Origin: an uncultured Collinsella sp.
Lineage (GTDB): Bacteria; Actinomycetota; Coriobacteriia; Coriobacteriales; Coriobacteriaceae
Assembly (NCBI GenBank): GCA_900545745.1
Contig: URAD01000001.1
Location: 12,611 to 76,610 of the forward strand
Direction: 5' to 3'
DNA length: 64,000 bases
A program made the position numbers and the translations under genes. Below are positions 1 to 12,259 of this stretch, one piece after another; the first letter of the stretch is position 1; every line of letters begins with the position of its first letter. Under the pieces are notes generated by a model. It was not told the origin of the DNA. It saw nothing but the letters and a program-made list of their open reading frames with translations, and did not search any database.

Positions 1-454
1 CCTGGGCGTAGTCCTCGTCCATGGTAAAGCGCTCGTTGTCGAAGTCGACGGAGCAGCCCATGCGCTTAATCTGCTCGACAATAATGCCGCCGTACTCGTG
101 GGTCCAATCCCAGCAGGCGTCAACAAACTTGTCGCGACCAATCTCCAGGCGGCTGATGCCCTCGCTCTTGAGCTTCTTGTCGACCTTGGTCTGTGTGGCG
201 ATACCGGCGTGATCGGTGCCCAGCACCCAGCGCGTGGACTTGCCGCGCATGCGGGCCATACGGATGATGGCATCCTGGATGGAGTCGTCGGTGGCATGGC
301 CCATGTGGAGCTTGCCGGTCACGTTGGGAGGCGGAATGGTGACGGTGCAGTCGCCCACGCCCTCACGGCGCTTATAGTAGCCGCCGTCGAGCCACTTCTG
401 CAGGATCGCCGGCTCGTTGGTCGACGGATCGTAGTTCTTGGGCATTTCTTCCAT
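1..454 (-). CDS. valS: valyl-tRNA synthetase, N-terminal fragment (runs off the window edge)
   Basis: Reverse-strand translation from the ATG at 454 reads MEEMPKNYDPSTNEPAILQKW...PPPNVTGKLHMGHA. This is the class I aaRS HIGH motif and a ValS-type N-terminus. The ORF track omits it because it is partial. Confidence 0.85.
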   Translation of the reverse strand, partial: MEEMPKNYDPSTNEPAILQKWLDGGYYKRREGVGDCTVTIPPPNVTGKLHMGHATDDSIQDAIIRMARMRGKSTRWVLGTDHAGIATQTKVDKKLKSEGISRLEIGRDKFVDACWDWTHEYGGIIVEQIKRMGCSVDFDNERFTMDEDYAQ

Positions 455-474
455 ATATCTCTCCCTTGCCCACC

Positions 475-590
475 GGGGAGGAATGTAGGCCCGATTTTCG
501 CTCGGTCAAGTCCTGGGCTCGCTCGAAGACCACATTAAGTGGTCTTCGGCTCGTGCGGAATCTACGAAAATCGGGCCTACATTCCTCCCC
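475..590 (-). promoter_or_regulatory. 5' leader of valS with a perfect 26-bp inverted repeat (ggggaggaatgtaggcccgattttcg / cgaaaatcgggcctacattcctcccc) enclosing a smaller nested hairpin
   Basis: Seen directly in sequence. The stem lies immediately upstream of the valS RBS and start. No T-box consensus (AGGGUGGNACCGCG) was found. Confidence 0.4.
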
Positions 591-869
591 TTAGGTATCG
601 ATTACTTCAGTCTGAATTGACTTCGCTGAGGCTTAAACAAAATCACAGAATAGCACAGTACGGTAGCTGCCAACATTTCCGCTTGGCAGGCTCGACAGAA
701 AGCGCGTGCCAAGGCCGGATGACGCACGCCGACCCCTCCGCAAAAGGTTCGTGTTTCACGTAACCAGAAACGGAAAAGAGGCCTCAATACGGCAGGCACG
801 AACCCTCAACATATCTGAGAGCTCGGCGAGGCATTCAATTAGACCTAGATAAAAGCTGCTACAATACTT

Positions 870-883
870 GTATACGCGTATAC
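870..883. promoter_or_regulatory. perfect 14-bp palindrome gtatacgcgtatac just upstream of the antitoxin gene; candidate toxin-antitoxin autoregulatory operator
   Basis: Seen directly in sequence, about 50 bp upstream of the 933 start. Confidence 0.35.
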
Positions 884-932
884 TAAATACGCGTTGCGGC
901 AATCAGGCAACCAAGGTGGATGGGAGGCATCA

Positions 933-1229
933 ATGGCAACTGCAATCGTGTCGGGCCGTGTCGACGAGGTGGTAAAAGAGCGTGCAGGCGCCTATATAAA
1001 GGCGGCAGGCCTCACCGTGGGCGACGTCATTAACATCGTGTGGACCAACATCGCGAATACGGGCAGCACCCCTACGATAGAGAACGCAGGCGCCGAAGAG
1101 CCTATCGACCCCTTTGAGCGCTTCATGGCATTCCGGGAAACATTTAATTCCGCACCCATCGACGAACGCTATACATCAATGACAGACGAGGAAATCCTCA
1201 TGGAGCATCTGGTGGAAAAATATGGCTGA
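933..1229 (+). CDS. RelB/DinJ-family type II antitoxin
   Basis: MATAIVSGRVDEVVKERAGAYIKAAGLTVGDVINIVW is an RHH/DinJ-like N-terminus. A GGGAGG RBS sits upstream of the ATG at 933. The gene overlaps the downstream PIN gene by 8 nt. Confidence 0.55.
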   Translation: MATAIVSGRVDEVVKERAGAYIKAAGLTVGDVINIVWTNIANTGSTPTIENAGAEEPIDPFERFMAFRETFNSAPIDERYTSMTDEEILMEHLVEKYG

Positions 1230-1707
1230 GCGTAACACCTATCACAACCTGCGTGACTACAACAGCAGGCGAGTATTTTTCGATACCAATGCCCTGCTAG
1301 ATGCCGTCGATGAGCGGCGGCCTGGCAGTGAAGCAGCATGCAAGGCGCTTCAATACTGCAATGGCGGGGGCGACATGGGGCTCGTCGCACCCATGTCCCT
1401 CAAGGACGTCTACTACATCTTAGGCAAGCAGCGTGGCGAGGCGTTAGCGCGAGATGCGATCAATTACCTCATGGGCCTTCTCATCGTCGCGCCTTTTGGA
1501 GCAGCCGACTGCATGAAATCCATCAAGTCAGACGAACCCGACTTTGAAGATGGCCTCATTCGCGCCTGTGCCGAGCTCAACGAGGCGACCTTCATTCTCA
1601 CGCGCGATAAAAACGCATTCCGCCACAGCACCGTACGTTCGCTCACCTGCGAGGAATACACTGAACTCATCGCAGGTGAACTGCCCCCGACGCCATCTTG
1701 GACCTAA
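1222..1707 (+). CDS. PIN-domain toxin (VapC-like)
   Basis: RVFFDTNALLDAV plus downstream acidic positions (DFEDGLIRACAELNEATFILTRDKNAF) match the PIN fold. Its start overlaps the antitoxin stop. Confidence 0.6.
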   Translation: MAERNTYHNLRDYNSRRVFFDTNALLDAVDERRPGSEAACKALQYCNGGGDMGLVAPMSLKDVYYILGKQRGEALARDAINYLMGLLIVAPFGAADCMKSIKSDEPDFEDGLIRACAELNEATFILTRDKNAFRHSTVRSLTCEEYTELIAGELPPTPSWT

Positions 1708-1767
1708 CGCGGTCCACGTGCTTGCCAAGGCGATCCGCATACCGATCTCCACACGCAAAGTCTTGCG

Positions 1768-4974
<3,207 letters not shown>

Positions 4975-5089
4975 GAGTCTTCCCTTTCGTCTCTAACTCT
5001 GGAACCGGGGCACAGCCCCGGGATATACCTTGTGCACGCCATATGCGCGGGGCCGTCTACCGCGACGGCCCCGCGCGCCGCCGACCGGG

Positions 5090-7066
5090 CTACAGTCGAC
5101 GTGCGATGGCGTAACCCTCCTCCACCGCCGCCGCGATCTTGCGCGTCTGGCGGCAATCGCCAATCTCGTAGACCTCTCGCACCAGCGGGCGGAGGTCCTC
5201 CGCAAGCGTCGAAATGGCGCGGTATCCCACGGCAAGCACGACGTAGTCGCAGGCGATATGCTCGTGCGCGCCCTTGTACTCGACCTCGATGCCATTCTCC
5301 GCGATACCCGTGAGACGCGTGGAAGTGTGCACCCGGGCACCCGTCTCGGCCAGCGTGCGCAGCTGGGCGTGGCGCGTCACGTAGCTCGCATCCACCAGCA
5401 CGTCCGGCTGCATCTCAACGAGGTGCACCGTGCAGCCGGCATCCGCGAGCACGCTCGCGGTCTCGGCGCCCACCAGACCGCCGCCGATGATGGCGACCGT
5501 GCCGGACACCTCAAAGGCACCAGAGAGCACGTCGTCCGCCACCACGGCGTGCCCGGCGGCAAGCGCCTCCGCCACACCGGGAACACGGGGGATGATCGGC
5601 GCGGCGCCCGTTGCTACGATCACCACATCGGGATCGAGCGCGCTCACGGTCGCGACCGTAGCCTCCTCGCCCGCGCGCACCGTCACCTCCGACGCCGCGA
5701 GCTCGCCGCGCAGGTAGTCTTGGTAGGCAAGGTACTGACGCTTGTAGCTCGGCGCGGCAACAATCCCCAGCTTGCCACCCACCTGCTGCTCGCGCTCGAT
5801 GAGCGTGACCTCGTGGCCGCGCTCTGCAGCCGTCAACGCCGCCATGACTCCGCCCGGGCCGCCGCCCGCCACCACCACACGTTTGGAGCGCACCGCGCGC
5901 GTGACCTCGCCCTCGTATTCGTGGCCAAACACCGGATTGATAGCGCACTTCGTCTGCTTGCCAAGCCAGAGCGCGTGCAGGCAGTAGTTGCAGCGCAGGC
6001 ACTGACGCGGCATCTCGCCGTGAAGCCAGCGCTCCACCAGATCGGGATTCGCGATCCACATGCGTCCGAGGCTAAAGAAGTCGGCCTCCCCCGCCTCGAG
6101 CATACGCTGCATCTCGGCCGGATCGTCCAGGCGGTTCTCAAAGATGCAGGGCTGCTGCACGCCGGCCTTAAAGCGCGCGAAGTTCTCACGGTAGGGTGTG
6201 TTGTCGTGGTACGCGGAGGGGACGATGCTCTCCTGGTCGTAGTAGTTGCCGATACGCAGCTGGTAGGCGTCCACCAGGCCCTCGTCCTCCAACAGGCGGC
6301 AGACGGCGATCTGCTCGTCCACCGTGATACCGGGGCAGGGCGAAACGCCCTCGGGCAGCAGGTCGTCCATGTTCACGCCAAGGATGACAGGAAAGTTCTC
6401 ACCGCAGGCAGCACGAACAGCGCGAAGCGTCTCCTGCAGAAAGCGCGCGCGGTTCTCCAGGCTGCCGCCGTACTCGTCCGTACGCTGGTTCCACGCCGAC
6501 GAGAGGAATTGGTTGATGAGGTAGCCGCCCTGCCCCATAACGAGGACGGCGTCGAAGCCCGCCGTCTTGAGGCGCGCCGCCGCCTGTGCGAACGTCTCGA
6601 TCATGTGCTGGATCTCGGACCTCTTCATCGCACGCGCCCGGATGCGCGGGTCGTACTGGGTCTCGCAGGCGGACGGCGCGAGCGGCTCGACACCCGACAC
6701 CGGCGTGTCCACGTAGCGGCCCGACCCCATGGTGAGCTCGCAGGCGATCTTGGCTCCCCATACGTGCACCATGTCCGCCGCCTCGGCAAAGTCTTTAATG
6801 CGCTCGTCGCGGTCGAACGTCAGGAACTGCATATCGTGCGGATAGGGCATGATCTCGAGTTCCGCCTGGGTAGCGCAGGTGATGATGAGTCCGCAGCCGC
6901 CCTTGGCGCGCTCCTCGAAGACACGGCTGTGCCGGTGCGTCAGCGTGGAGTCCTCGGCATCGCCCGAGAAGAACTTGAAGTCCATCGGTGCCATGCAGAT
7001 GCGGTTTTTGAGCCGCATCGCTCCGATGCTCGCCGGTTTGAGCAGATCTCCGTAGGTGTTCCACAT
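5090..7066 (-). CDS. NADH:flavin oxidoreductase (Old Yellow Enzyme TIM-barrel) fused to an FAD/NAD(P)-binding domain (2,4-dienoyl-CoA reductase / BaiCD/BaiH-like enoate reductase family)
   Basis: The OYE N-terminus reads MWNTYGDLLKPASIGAMRLKNRICMAPM. The C-terminus has a Rossmann motif VVVAGGGPGGVMAALTAAERGHEVTLIE. Start is placed at 7066 with a GGGGGGAG RBS; the 725-aa track ORF includes an upstream non-coding extension. Confidence 0.8.
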   Translation of the reverse strand: MWNTYGDLLKPASIGAMRLKNRICMAPMDFKFFSGDAEDSTLTHRHSRVFEERAKGGCGLIITCATQAELEIMPYPHDMQFLTFDRDERIKDFAEAADMVHVWGAKIACELTMGSGRYVDTPVSGVEPLAPSACETQYDPRIRARAMKRSEIQHMIETFAQAAARLKTAGFDAVLVMGQGGYLINQFLSSAWNQRTDEYGGSLENRARFLQETLRAVRAACGENFPVILGVNMDDLLPEGVSPCPGITVDEQIAVCRLLEDEGLVDAYQLRIGNYYDQESIVPSAYHDNTPYRENFARFKAGVQQPCIFENRLDDPAEMQRMLEAGEADFFSLGRMWIANPDLVERWLHGEMPRQCLRCNYCLHALWLGKQTKCAINPVFGHEYEGEVTRAVRSKRVVVAGGGPGGVMAALTAAERGHEVTLIEREQQVGGKLGIVAAPSYKRQYLAYQDYLRGELAASEVTVRAGEEATVATVSALDPDVVIVATGAAPIIPRVPGVAEALAAGHAVVADDVLSGAFEVSGTVAIIGGGLVGAETASVLADAGCTVHLVEMQPDVLVDASYVTRHAQLRTLAETGARVHTSTRLTGIAENGIEVEYKGAHEHIACDYVVLAVGYRAISTLAEDLRPLVREVYEIGDCRQTRKIAAAVEEGYAIARRL

Positions 7067-7259
7067 GGTCGGTACTCCCCCCTCGCGCACCCGGTTCTGG
7101 GCGCATCGTTGCCGTTGCTGGCATCTTCGCGTATACGGGGCAGCGGGTTCTGTCGCCTGTGCTACACAAGGGGAGAAAAATCGCAGCGATTTGGCCTCAA
7201 AGCGGCAAAAAGCCACAGGGGCAGATAGAATGTACAGAAGCAACCCGAGAGGATCCACT

Positions 7260-7925
7260 ATGCTCACACCGAGCTATCTCTACCGCAACGACTTCTCGCG
7301 CTTTCGTGAGCTGCTCCTCGCCTACCCGCACGACATGCGCGCGTTTGGAGCCGGCGAACTGCTGTGGCGGCCGGGTGAGTACATCGAGCGCACGTACTTC
7401 ATCGAGCACGGCATCGTGAAGACCGCGTTTGTGAACGAGGACGGCAGCGAGAAGACCATCCACTTCCACGGCGCGGGCTATATCTTTCCCGGCTGCCACG
7501 AGACAAACTTCACCATCGAGCTCTCGCTCGTGTCGTCGGCGCTCACGCCTGTCTCGGCCATCGAATTCCCCATCGACGTGATGCAGCAAGCGCTTCGCGA
7601 GCACACCGACCTCGCCCTCGCCATGCTCGAGAGCTACGCGCGCTACATCAACCTGCTACTATTCGAGAGCGCACACCAGGGGCACTACGAGGCGCTCATC
7701 AAACTCTCGAACCTCATCTACCTACTCGCGCACGACAACGGCGACGCCGGCCGCGTGGACCTCTCGCAGGAGGAGCTTGCCGAGATCCTGGGGATGAACC
7801 GCGTGAGCGTGGCGAGGCTTTTGCGCCAGCTGCGCGACGAGGGCGCCATCGCCTCGCGCCGCGGCGGGCTGACGGTTACAGACGAGGCCGCGTTGCTGCG
7901 ACACTGCACATCCGAGGTGCTATAG
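7260..7925 (+). CDS. Crp/Fnr-family transcriptional regulator
   Basis: A cNMP-binding-like domain is followed by a C-terminal HTH (LSQEELAEILGMNRVSVARLLRQLRDEG). It is divergent from the flavin reductase. Start chosen at MLTPSYL with a GAGAGGA RBS. Confidence 0.75.
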   Translation: MLTPSYLYRNDFSRFRELLLAYPHDMRAFGAGELLWRPGEYIERTYFIEHGIVKTAFVNEDGSEKTIHFHGAGYIFPGCHETNFTIELSLVSSALTPVSAIEFPIDVMQQALREHTDLALAMLESYARYINLLLFESAHQGHYEALIKLSNLIYLLAHDNGDAGRVDLSQEELAEILGMNRVSVARLLRQLRDEGAIASRRGGLTVTDEAALLRHCTSEVL

Positions 7926-8095
7926 GCTCGGCCGCAGACGTGTTTTTTCACTTATATCCCAAAAATTGGCCCGCGAGTTCAGATTTGCGCAATCACATCA
8001 CCCCGACTCGCCTTTAATGCAGGGCGCGTCAACAAATACCCAGATACGATTGGACAGCAGGCCTCAAATCCACTCCCAAACGGCAAATTTATGCG

Positions 8096-8131
8096 TAAAA
8101 AAGCCGGGCCCGCTCGTCGCGGACCCGGCTT
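8096..8131 (-). terminator. rho-independent terminator after clpX: hairpin gccgggcccgc..gcgggtccggc followed by a U-run on the minus strand
   Basis: The GC-rich hairpin at 8103-8129 and the adjacent aaaaaa (T-run on minus) are seen directly in sequence. Confidence 0.5.
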
Positions 8132-8156
8132 AAAACCCAAATTGTACGTAGTGCCC

Positions 8157-9569
8157 TTAAGCTACCGGCACGCGGTGCGGCTGCTCCTCGCCCTTTACGG
8201 AGGCTTCGGTCACGATGACCTTGGCTACGCCTTCCTCGCTGGGGAGGTCGAACATCGTCTGCTGCAGCACGTCCTCGCAGATGGCGCGCAGGCCGCGGGC
8301 GCCGGTCTTGCGGGCGAGCGCCATGCGGGCGATCTCGTGCAACGCCGCGTCCTCAAACTCAAGCTCAACGTCCTCGAGCTGGAACATCTTGCGGTACTGA
8401 CGCACCACGGCGTTCTTGGGCTCGGTCAGGATCGACACCAGGTCGTCCTCGTCGAGCGCCTGCGTCTGGGTGACGACGGGCGTACGACCCACAAACTCGG
8501 GAATCATGCCAAAGGCGTTGAGGTCCTGCGGGAGCACCTGGCGCAGCAGGTCGTTCTCGTCGACCGAGGTGGGGCCGGCGATCTCGGAGTTAAAGCCCAC
8601 ACCCTTGTTGCCCACGCGATCGGCGATGATCTTGTCCAGACCCACAAAGGCACCGCCGCAGATAAACAGGATGTTGGTCGTATCGATCTGCAGCAGCTCC
8701 TGCTGGGGATGCTTGCGGCCGCCGGTGGGCGGAACGCTTGCCACCGTGCCCTCAAGAATCTTAAGCAGCGCCTGCTGAACGCCCTCGCCCGAAACGTCGC
8801 GGGTAATAGAAAGGTTCTCGGCCTTGCGGGCGATCTTATCAATCTCGTCCACGTAGATAATGCCAACCTGCGCGCGCTCAATATCGCCATCGGCAGCGTT
8901 GATGAGCTTGAGCAGGATGTTCTCAACATCCTCGCCCACGTAACCGGCCTCGGTGAGTGCGGTGGCATCGGCGATGGCAAACGGCACCTCGAGGATGCGC
9001 GCGAGCGTCTGGGCCAACAGGGTCTTGCCGGTACCAGTGGGACCGAGCAGCAAGATGTTGGACTTGGCGAGCTCCACCTCGTCCATATCGTTGTCGAACT
9101 GCGAGCCCATGCCGCCGTCAAAAGCGGACACCGCAGCGCCGCCCTCGATCACGCGGCGATAGTGGTTGTACACGGCAACCGACATGGCGCGCTTGGCGTC
9201 CTCCTGGCCCATGACATAGGCCGAAAGCTCGTCATAGATCTCATGCGGCGTCGGCACGTGCGTAATGACCTGACGGGCGTCGTCCTCCAGCTCAAAACCC
9301 TCGGCCTCAGGATCTACAGCAGGCTGACCGGCAGCCTGCCCGTGGTCGTTGAGGAAGCCCGGCAGCTTGCCGTTGCGAGCGGCATCCATAAAGTCCGAAG
9401 CCAGCGACTCCTCAAGGATCTCGGAGCAGGCGGCGACGCACTCGTCACAGATAAAGATGTTGGTCGGGCCCTTTACGAGGCGACGAACCTGCCCCTGCTC
9501 TTTTCCGCAAAAGGAGCAGCGGATGGGGTTGCCGTTCTCGTCAAAGTTGTCCTGCATGTTTCCTGCCAT
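8157..9569 (-). CDS. clpX: ATP-dependent Clp protease ATP-binding subunit ClpX
   Basis: N-terminal zinc-binding CSFCGK...CDEC motif. AAA+ Walker A motif [11 protein letters not shown]. Confidence 0.95.
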   Translation of the reverse strand: MAGNMQDNFDENGNPIRCSFCGKEQGQVRRLVKGPTNIFICDECVAACSEILEESLASDFMDAARNGKLPGFLNDHGQAAGQPAVDPEAEGFELEDDARQVITHVPTPHEIYDELSAYVMGQEDAKRAMSVAVYNHYRRVIEGGAAVSAFDGGMGSQFDNDMDEVELAKSNILLLGPTGTGKTLLAQTLARILEVPFAIADATALTEAGYVGEDVENILLKLINAADGDIERAQVGIIYVDEIDKIARKAENLSITRDVSGEGVQQALLKILEGTVASVPPTGGRKHPQQELLQIDTTNILFICGGAFVGLDKIIADRVGNKGVGFNSEIAGPTSVDENDLLRQVLPQDLNAFGMIPEFVGRTPVVTQTQALDEDDLVSILTEPKNAVVRQYRKMFQLEDVELEFEDAALHEIARMALARKTGARGLRAICEDVLQQTMFDLPSEEGVAKVIVTEASVKGEEQPHRVPVA

Positions 9570-9570
9570 C

Positions 9571-10221
9571 CTAGGCGTCCTTCGCGGCGAGATCGCGCGA
9601 GGTGACGATACGGTCGATCAGACCGTAGTCGAGGGCCTCGGAAGCGGTCAGGTAGTTGTCGCGCTCGGTATCGGCCTGGACCTTCTCGATGGGCTGGCCC
9701 GAGGCGTCGGACAGGATCTGGTTGAGCTCGCGACGGGTCTTCTTGATCTCCTCGGCAACGATCTCAATCTCGGTCTGCTGACCCTGGGCACCGCCGCTGG
9801 GCTGGTGAATCATGACCTTGGAGTGCGGCAGGCAGAAGCGCTTGCCCTTGGCGCCGGCCGAAAGCAGCACGGCGGCCATAGACGCGGCCATACCGACGCA
9901 AATGGTCGAGACCTGCGGCTTGATGAAGTTCATGGTGTCCAGAATCGCCAGGCCGGAGTAGACCTCGCCACCGGGCGAATTGATGTAGAGCGAGATATCC
10001 TTCTCGGCATCCTGGCTCTCAAGATGCAGCAGCTGGGCAACGACCAGGTTGGCGCTGACGGAGTTGATCTCCTCGCCCAAGAAAATGATGCGGTCGTTGA
10101 GCAGGCGCGAATAGATATCGTAGCTGCGCTCGCCGCGCGGCGTCTGCTCGATAACGTATGGCACGAGGGCGGAATCGAACTTGGCGATCATACGCATCTC
10201 CATTTCTCTCTTGCGGACCAA
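9571..10221 (-). CDS. clpP: ATP-dependent Clp protease proteolytic subunit ClpP
   Basis: [19 protein letters not shown]...YINSPGG...MIHQP reads as a ClpP core. The true start is probably an internal Met (MIAKFD). Confidence 0.9.
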   Translation of the reverse strand: MVRKREMEMRMIAKFDSALVPYVIEQTPRGERSYDIYSRLLNDRIIFLGEEINSVSANLVVAQLLHLESQDAEKDISLYINSPGGEVYSGLAILDTMNFIKPQVSTICVGMAASMAAVLLSAGAKGKRFCLPHSKVMIHQPSGGAQGQQTEIEIVAEEIKKTRRELNQILSDASGQPIEKVQADTERDNYLTASEALDYGLIDRIVTSRDLAAKDA

Positions 10222-10354
10222 ATTGGTTCTAGATAAACGTACGGTGCCCGCATGCTATGCATTGGCTGGCACCGTACGAAGCTACCGGATAACCGGTGTA
10301 TAACTTTACCCCATCACGGGCGCACGCATGCGCTCGCGGGCAAGGTGGCGAGAA

Positions 10355-11668
10355 TTACTCGGCGTCCTTGGCGGTCTCGTCGACCTCGGTCACCTTGGCG
10401 TTCTCGACCAGGTGGTCGACGGCCTTGGAGCGACGGATGGACTCGCGGACGGCAGGCATACGGCCATCGGCGATGAACTCGGCCTTGGAAGCCTCGACGT
10501 CCTTGACGCCAGCCTTCTCGAACTCGGCGTTGATGTCGTCCTCGGTGACCTCGATCTTGAGCTCACGGGCGAGGGCGTCGAGAGCCAGGGACTCACGGGC
10601 AACGTCGTTGGCCTGCTTGTGCAGGTCGCCGATGAACTGCTCCATGGTCAGGCCGGAAGCGGGCAGCCAGGTGTCCAGGGTCATGCCGCGGGCGGCGAGG
10701 TTGGACAGGAAGTTCTGGCCAAGCTCCTCAAAGACGGACTGCTCGTAGTCGGCGTCCATCTCGTCGAGTTGCAGGCGCTCGGCGAGAGCGGAGACGCAAC
10801 GGTTCTCCTTCTCGGCCGGGAGGCGGGAAGCCTTGTCCTGCTCGATCTCAATCTTGATGGCGTCGCGCATAGCGTCGATGCTGTCGAAGCCAAAGTCGGA
10901 CTTGACGAGCTCGTCGGTGAGCTCGGGGGTGTTGCGGACCTTGATGCCCTTGACGGTGACCTCGACGGTGTGGGTCTCGGCCTCCTCGCCCTCCTCGACC
11001 TCGTCGGTCCAGGTGACGGTCTTGACGTCGTCAACGTTAGCGCCGATCAGGGCCTCGTTGAACTCCTTGGGGTTGCTGTCGCTACCGGCGATGAGCATGC
11101 GGCCCTCGGCGGCAAAGTTGTCGGCGTTCTCGACGGCCTTGAGGTCGACGGTGACGTAGTCCTCGGCCTCGACGGCGCGACCCTCGACGTCCTCGAAGGT
11201 GGCGCGGTAGTTGAGGAGCATCTCGACCTGGTTGTTGATCTCGGACTCGGTGACCTCCGCGGGAGGCATCTCGATCTCGACGGCGTCGAAGGAGGAGAGC
11301 TCGGCAGCAGGACGCAGGGAGAACTCGACGGTGTAGGTGTAGTCCTCGTGATCCTTGGCGAGGTCGAGCTCCTTGTAGTCACCGTTCTTGGTGGGGACGA
11401 TGTCCAGCTCGTTGAGGACGGCGGGCTCGTTGGCGGCGATCAGGTCGTTGGTGGCCTGAGCGAGGGTAGCCTCGGCGCCAAGTGCGGAGTCGATGACCGG
11501 ACGGGGAGCCTTGCCGGCGCGGAAGCCCGGGAAGCGGTACTTCTTGGCGGTGTCCTTGTAGGCCTTCTTGATCGCGGCGTCGACGTCGGCGGCCGGGATG
11601 GTGACCGTAGCGGTGAGCTTGGCGTCCTTGACGTCAGAAGCGGTGATGTTCAACACGTTCCTCCTCAT
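10355..11668 (-). CDS. tig: trigger factor
   Basis: MRRNVLNITASDVKDAKLTATVTIPAADVDAAIKKAYKDTAKKYRFPGFRAGKAPRPV matches the trigger-factor N-terminal domain. It follows the clpX-clpP-tig order. Confidence 0.9.
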   Translation of the reverse strand: MRRNVLNITASDVKDAKLTATVTIPAADVDAAIKKAYKDTAKKYRFPGFRAGKAPRPVIDSALGAEATLAQATNDLIAANEPAVLNELDIVPTKNGDYKELDLAKDHEDYTYTVEFSLRPAAELSSFDAVEIEMPPAEVTESEINNQVEMLLNYRATFEDVEGRAVEAEDYVTVDLKAVENADNFAAEGRMLIAGSDSNPKEFNEALIGANVDDVKTVTWTDEVEEGEEAETHTVEVTVKGIKVRNTPELTDELVKSDFGFDSIDAMRDAIKIEIEQDKASRLPAEKENRCVSALAERLQLDEMDADYEQSVFEELGQNFLSNLAARGMTLDTWLPASGLTMEQFIGDLHKQANDVARESLALDALARELKIEVTEDDINAEFEKAGVKDVEASKAEFIADGRMPAVRESIRRSKAVDHLVENAKVTEVDETAKDAE

Positions 11669-11744
11669 ACTGCCCAGCTTATCTGAGGTGCTGGTACCTT
11701 TATGCAACAAAGTGTCGCGACGGCGTGAGCCGACGCAGGTGCGA

Positions 11745-11828
11745 TGGTGCGGGCGAAAGGACTCGAACCTTCACGGGAATCCCACCAGAACCTAAATCTG
11801 GCGCGTCTACCAATTCCGCCACGCCCGC
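11745..11828 (-). tRNA. tRNA-Leu (anticodon TAG), long variable arm
   Basis: The reverse complement reads GCGGGCGTGGCGGAATTGGTAGACGCGCCAGATTTAGGTTCTGG...GGTTCGAGTCCTTTCGCCCGCACCA. The anticodon loop is tTTAGgt. Confidence 0.85.
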
Positions 11829-11945
11829 ATGAGCGCACAGACTAGGAATGATAGCAGATACGAACGACAAGCGCACGCACACCTTTTACAGGCTCACGAC
11901 CTCACCACGAGAGCAAGCCAATAGAGCACGCCACCCCATCTCATA

Positions 11946-12012
11946 AGTTGCGGTGGAATAGGGACTGTTTGGGGCTCCAGTCCTCCAAAACAGTCCCTAT
12001 TCCACCGCAACT
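11946..12012. repeat. palindromic intergenic repeat element, copy 1 (AGTTGCGGTG-arm ... arm-CACCGCAACT)
   Basis: agttgcggtggaatagggactgttt ... aaacagtccctattccaccgcaact. The arms are ~25 bp and perfectly complementary. Confidence 0.8.
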
Positions 12013-12050
12013 TCGGTAGGACTCGGCAGCCTGGCGATGCTGGCCATGCG

Positions 12051-12235
12051 CCGGAAAGCGTGTCCCGGTTTGGGGCCTCGGAATGGGATGCAATTTCCGC
12101 TATAGCCATCAACCGGAAACTGCAACCCGTTTTGAGCCCCTATTCCGGGATGCACTTTCCGCCAAGGCCCTCAAACGGAAACTGCAGCCCACAATTCAGT
12201 TGAAAAGTGGGCTGCAGTTTCCCCGGGCTAGGCAA
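12051..12235. repeat. array of three degenerate ~60-bp tandem units, each forming a hairpin (ggaaactgca ... tgca(a/c)tttcc); the last is a perfect 14-bp stem
   Basis: Seen directly in sequence between the xdh-like operon 3' end and the copy-1 palindrome (ccggaaactgcaaccc...gggatgcactttccg; acggaaactgcagccc...gggctgcagtttcc). Confidence 0.6.
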
Positions 12236-12259
12236 TGAGCGGGTACAGCGCCTCCTCGC

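Noticed and set aside
455-600. T-box riboswitch upstream of valS
   Set aside because: No AGGGUGGNACCGCG-type T-box sequence or specifier-loop architecture was found. Only a long perfect hairpin is present.
5030-7228. 732-aa plus-strand ORF
   Set aside because: It is antisense to the OYE-type flavoenzyme gene. Its translation is Arg/Ala/His-rich nonsense.
7930-8095. Possible small gene or RNA between the Crp/Fnr regulator and clpX
   Set aside because: Only short ORFs with no RBS. The region is explained by the convergent terminator hairpin at 8103-8129.
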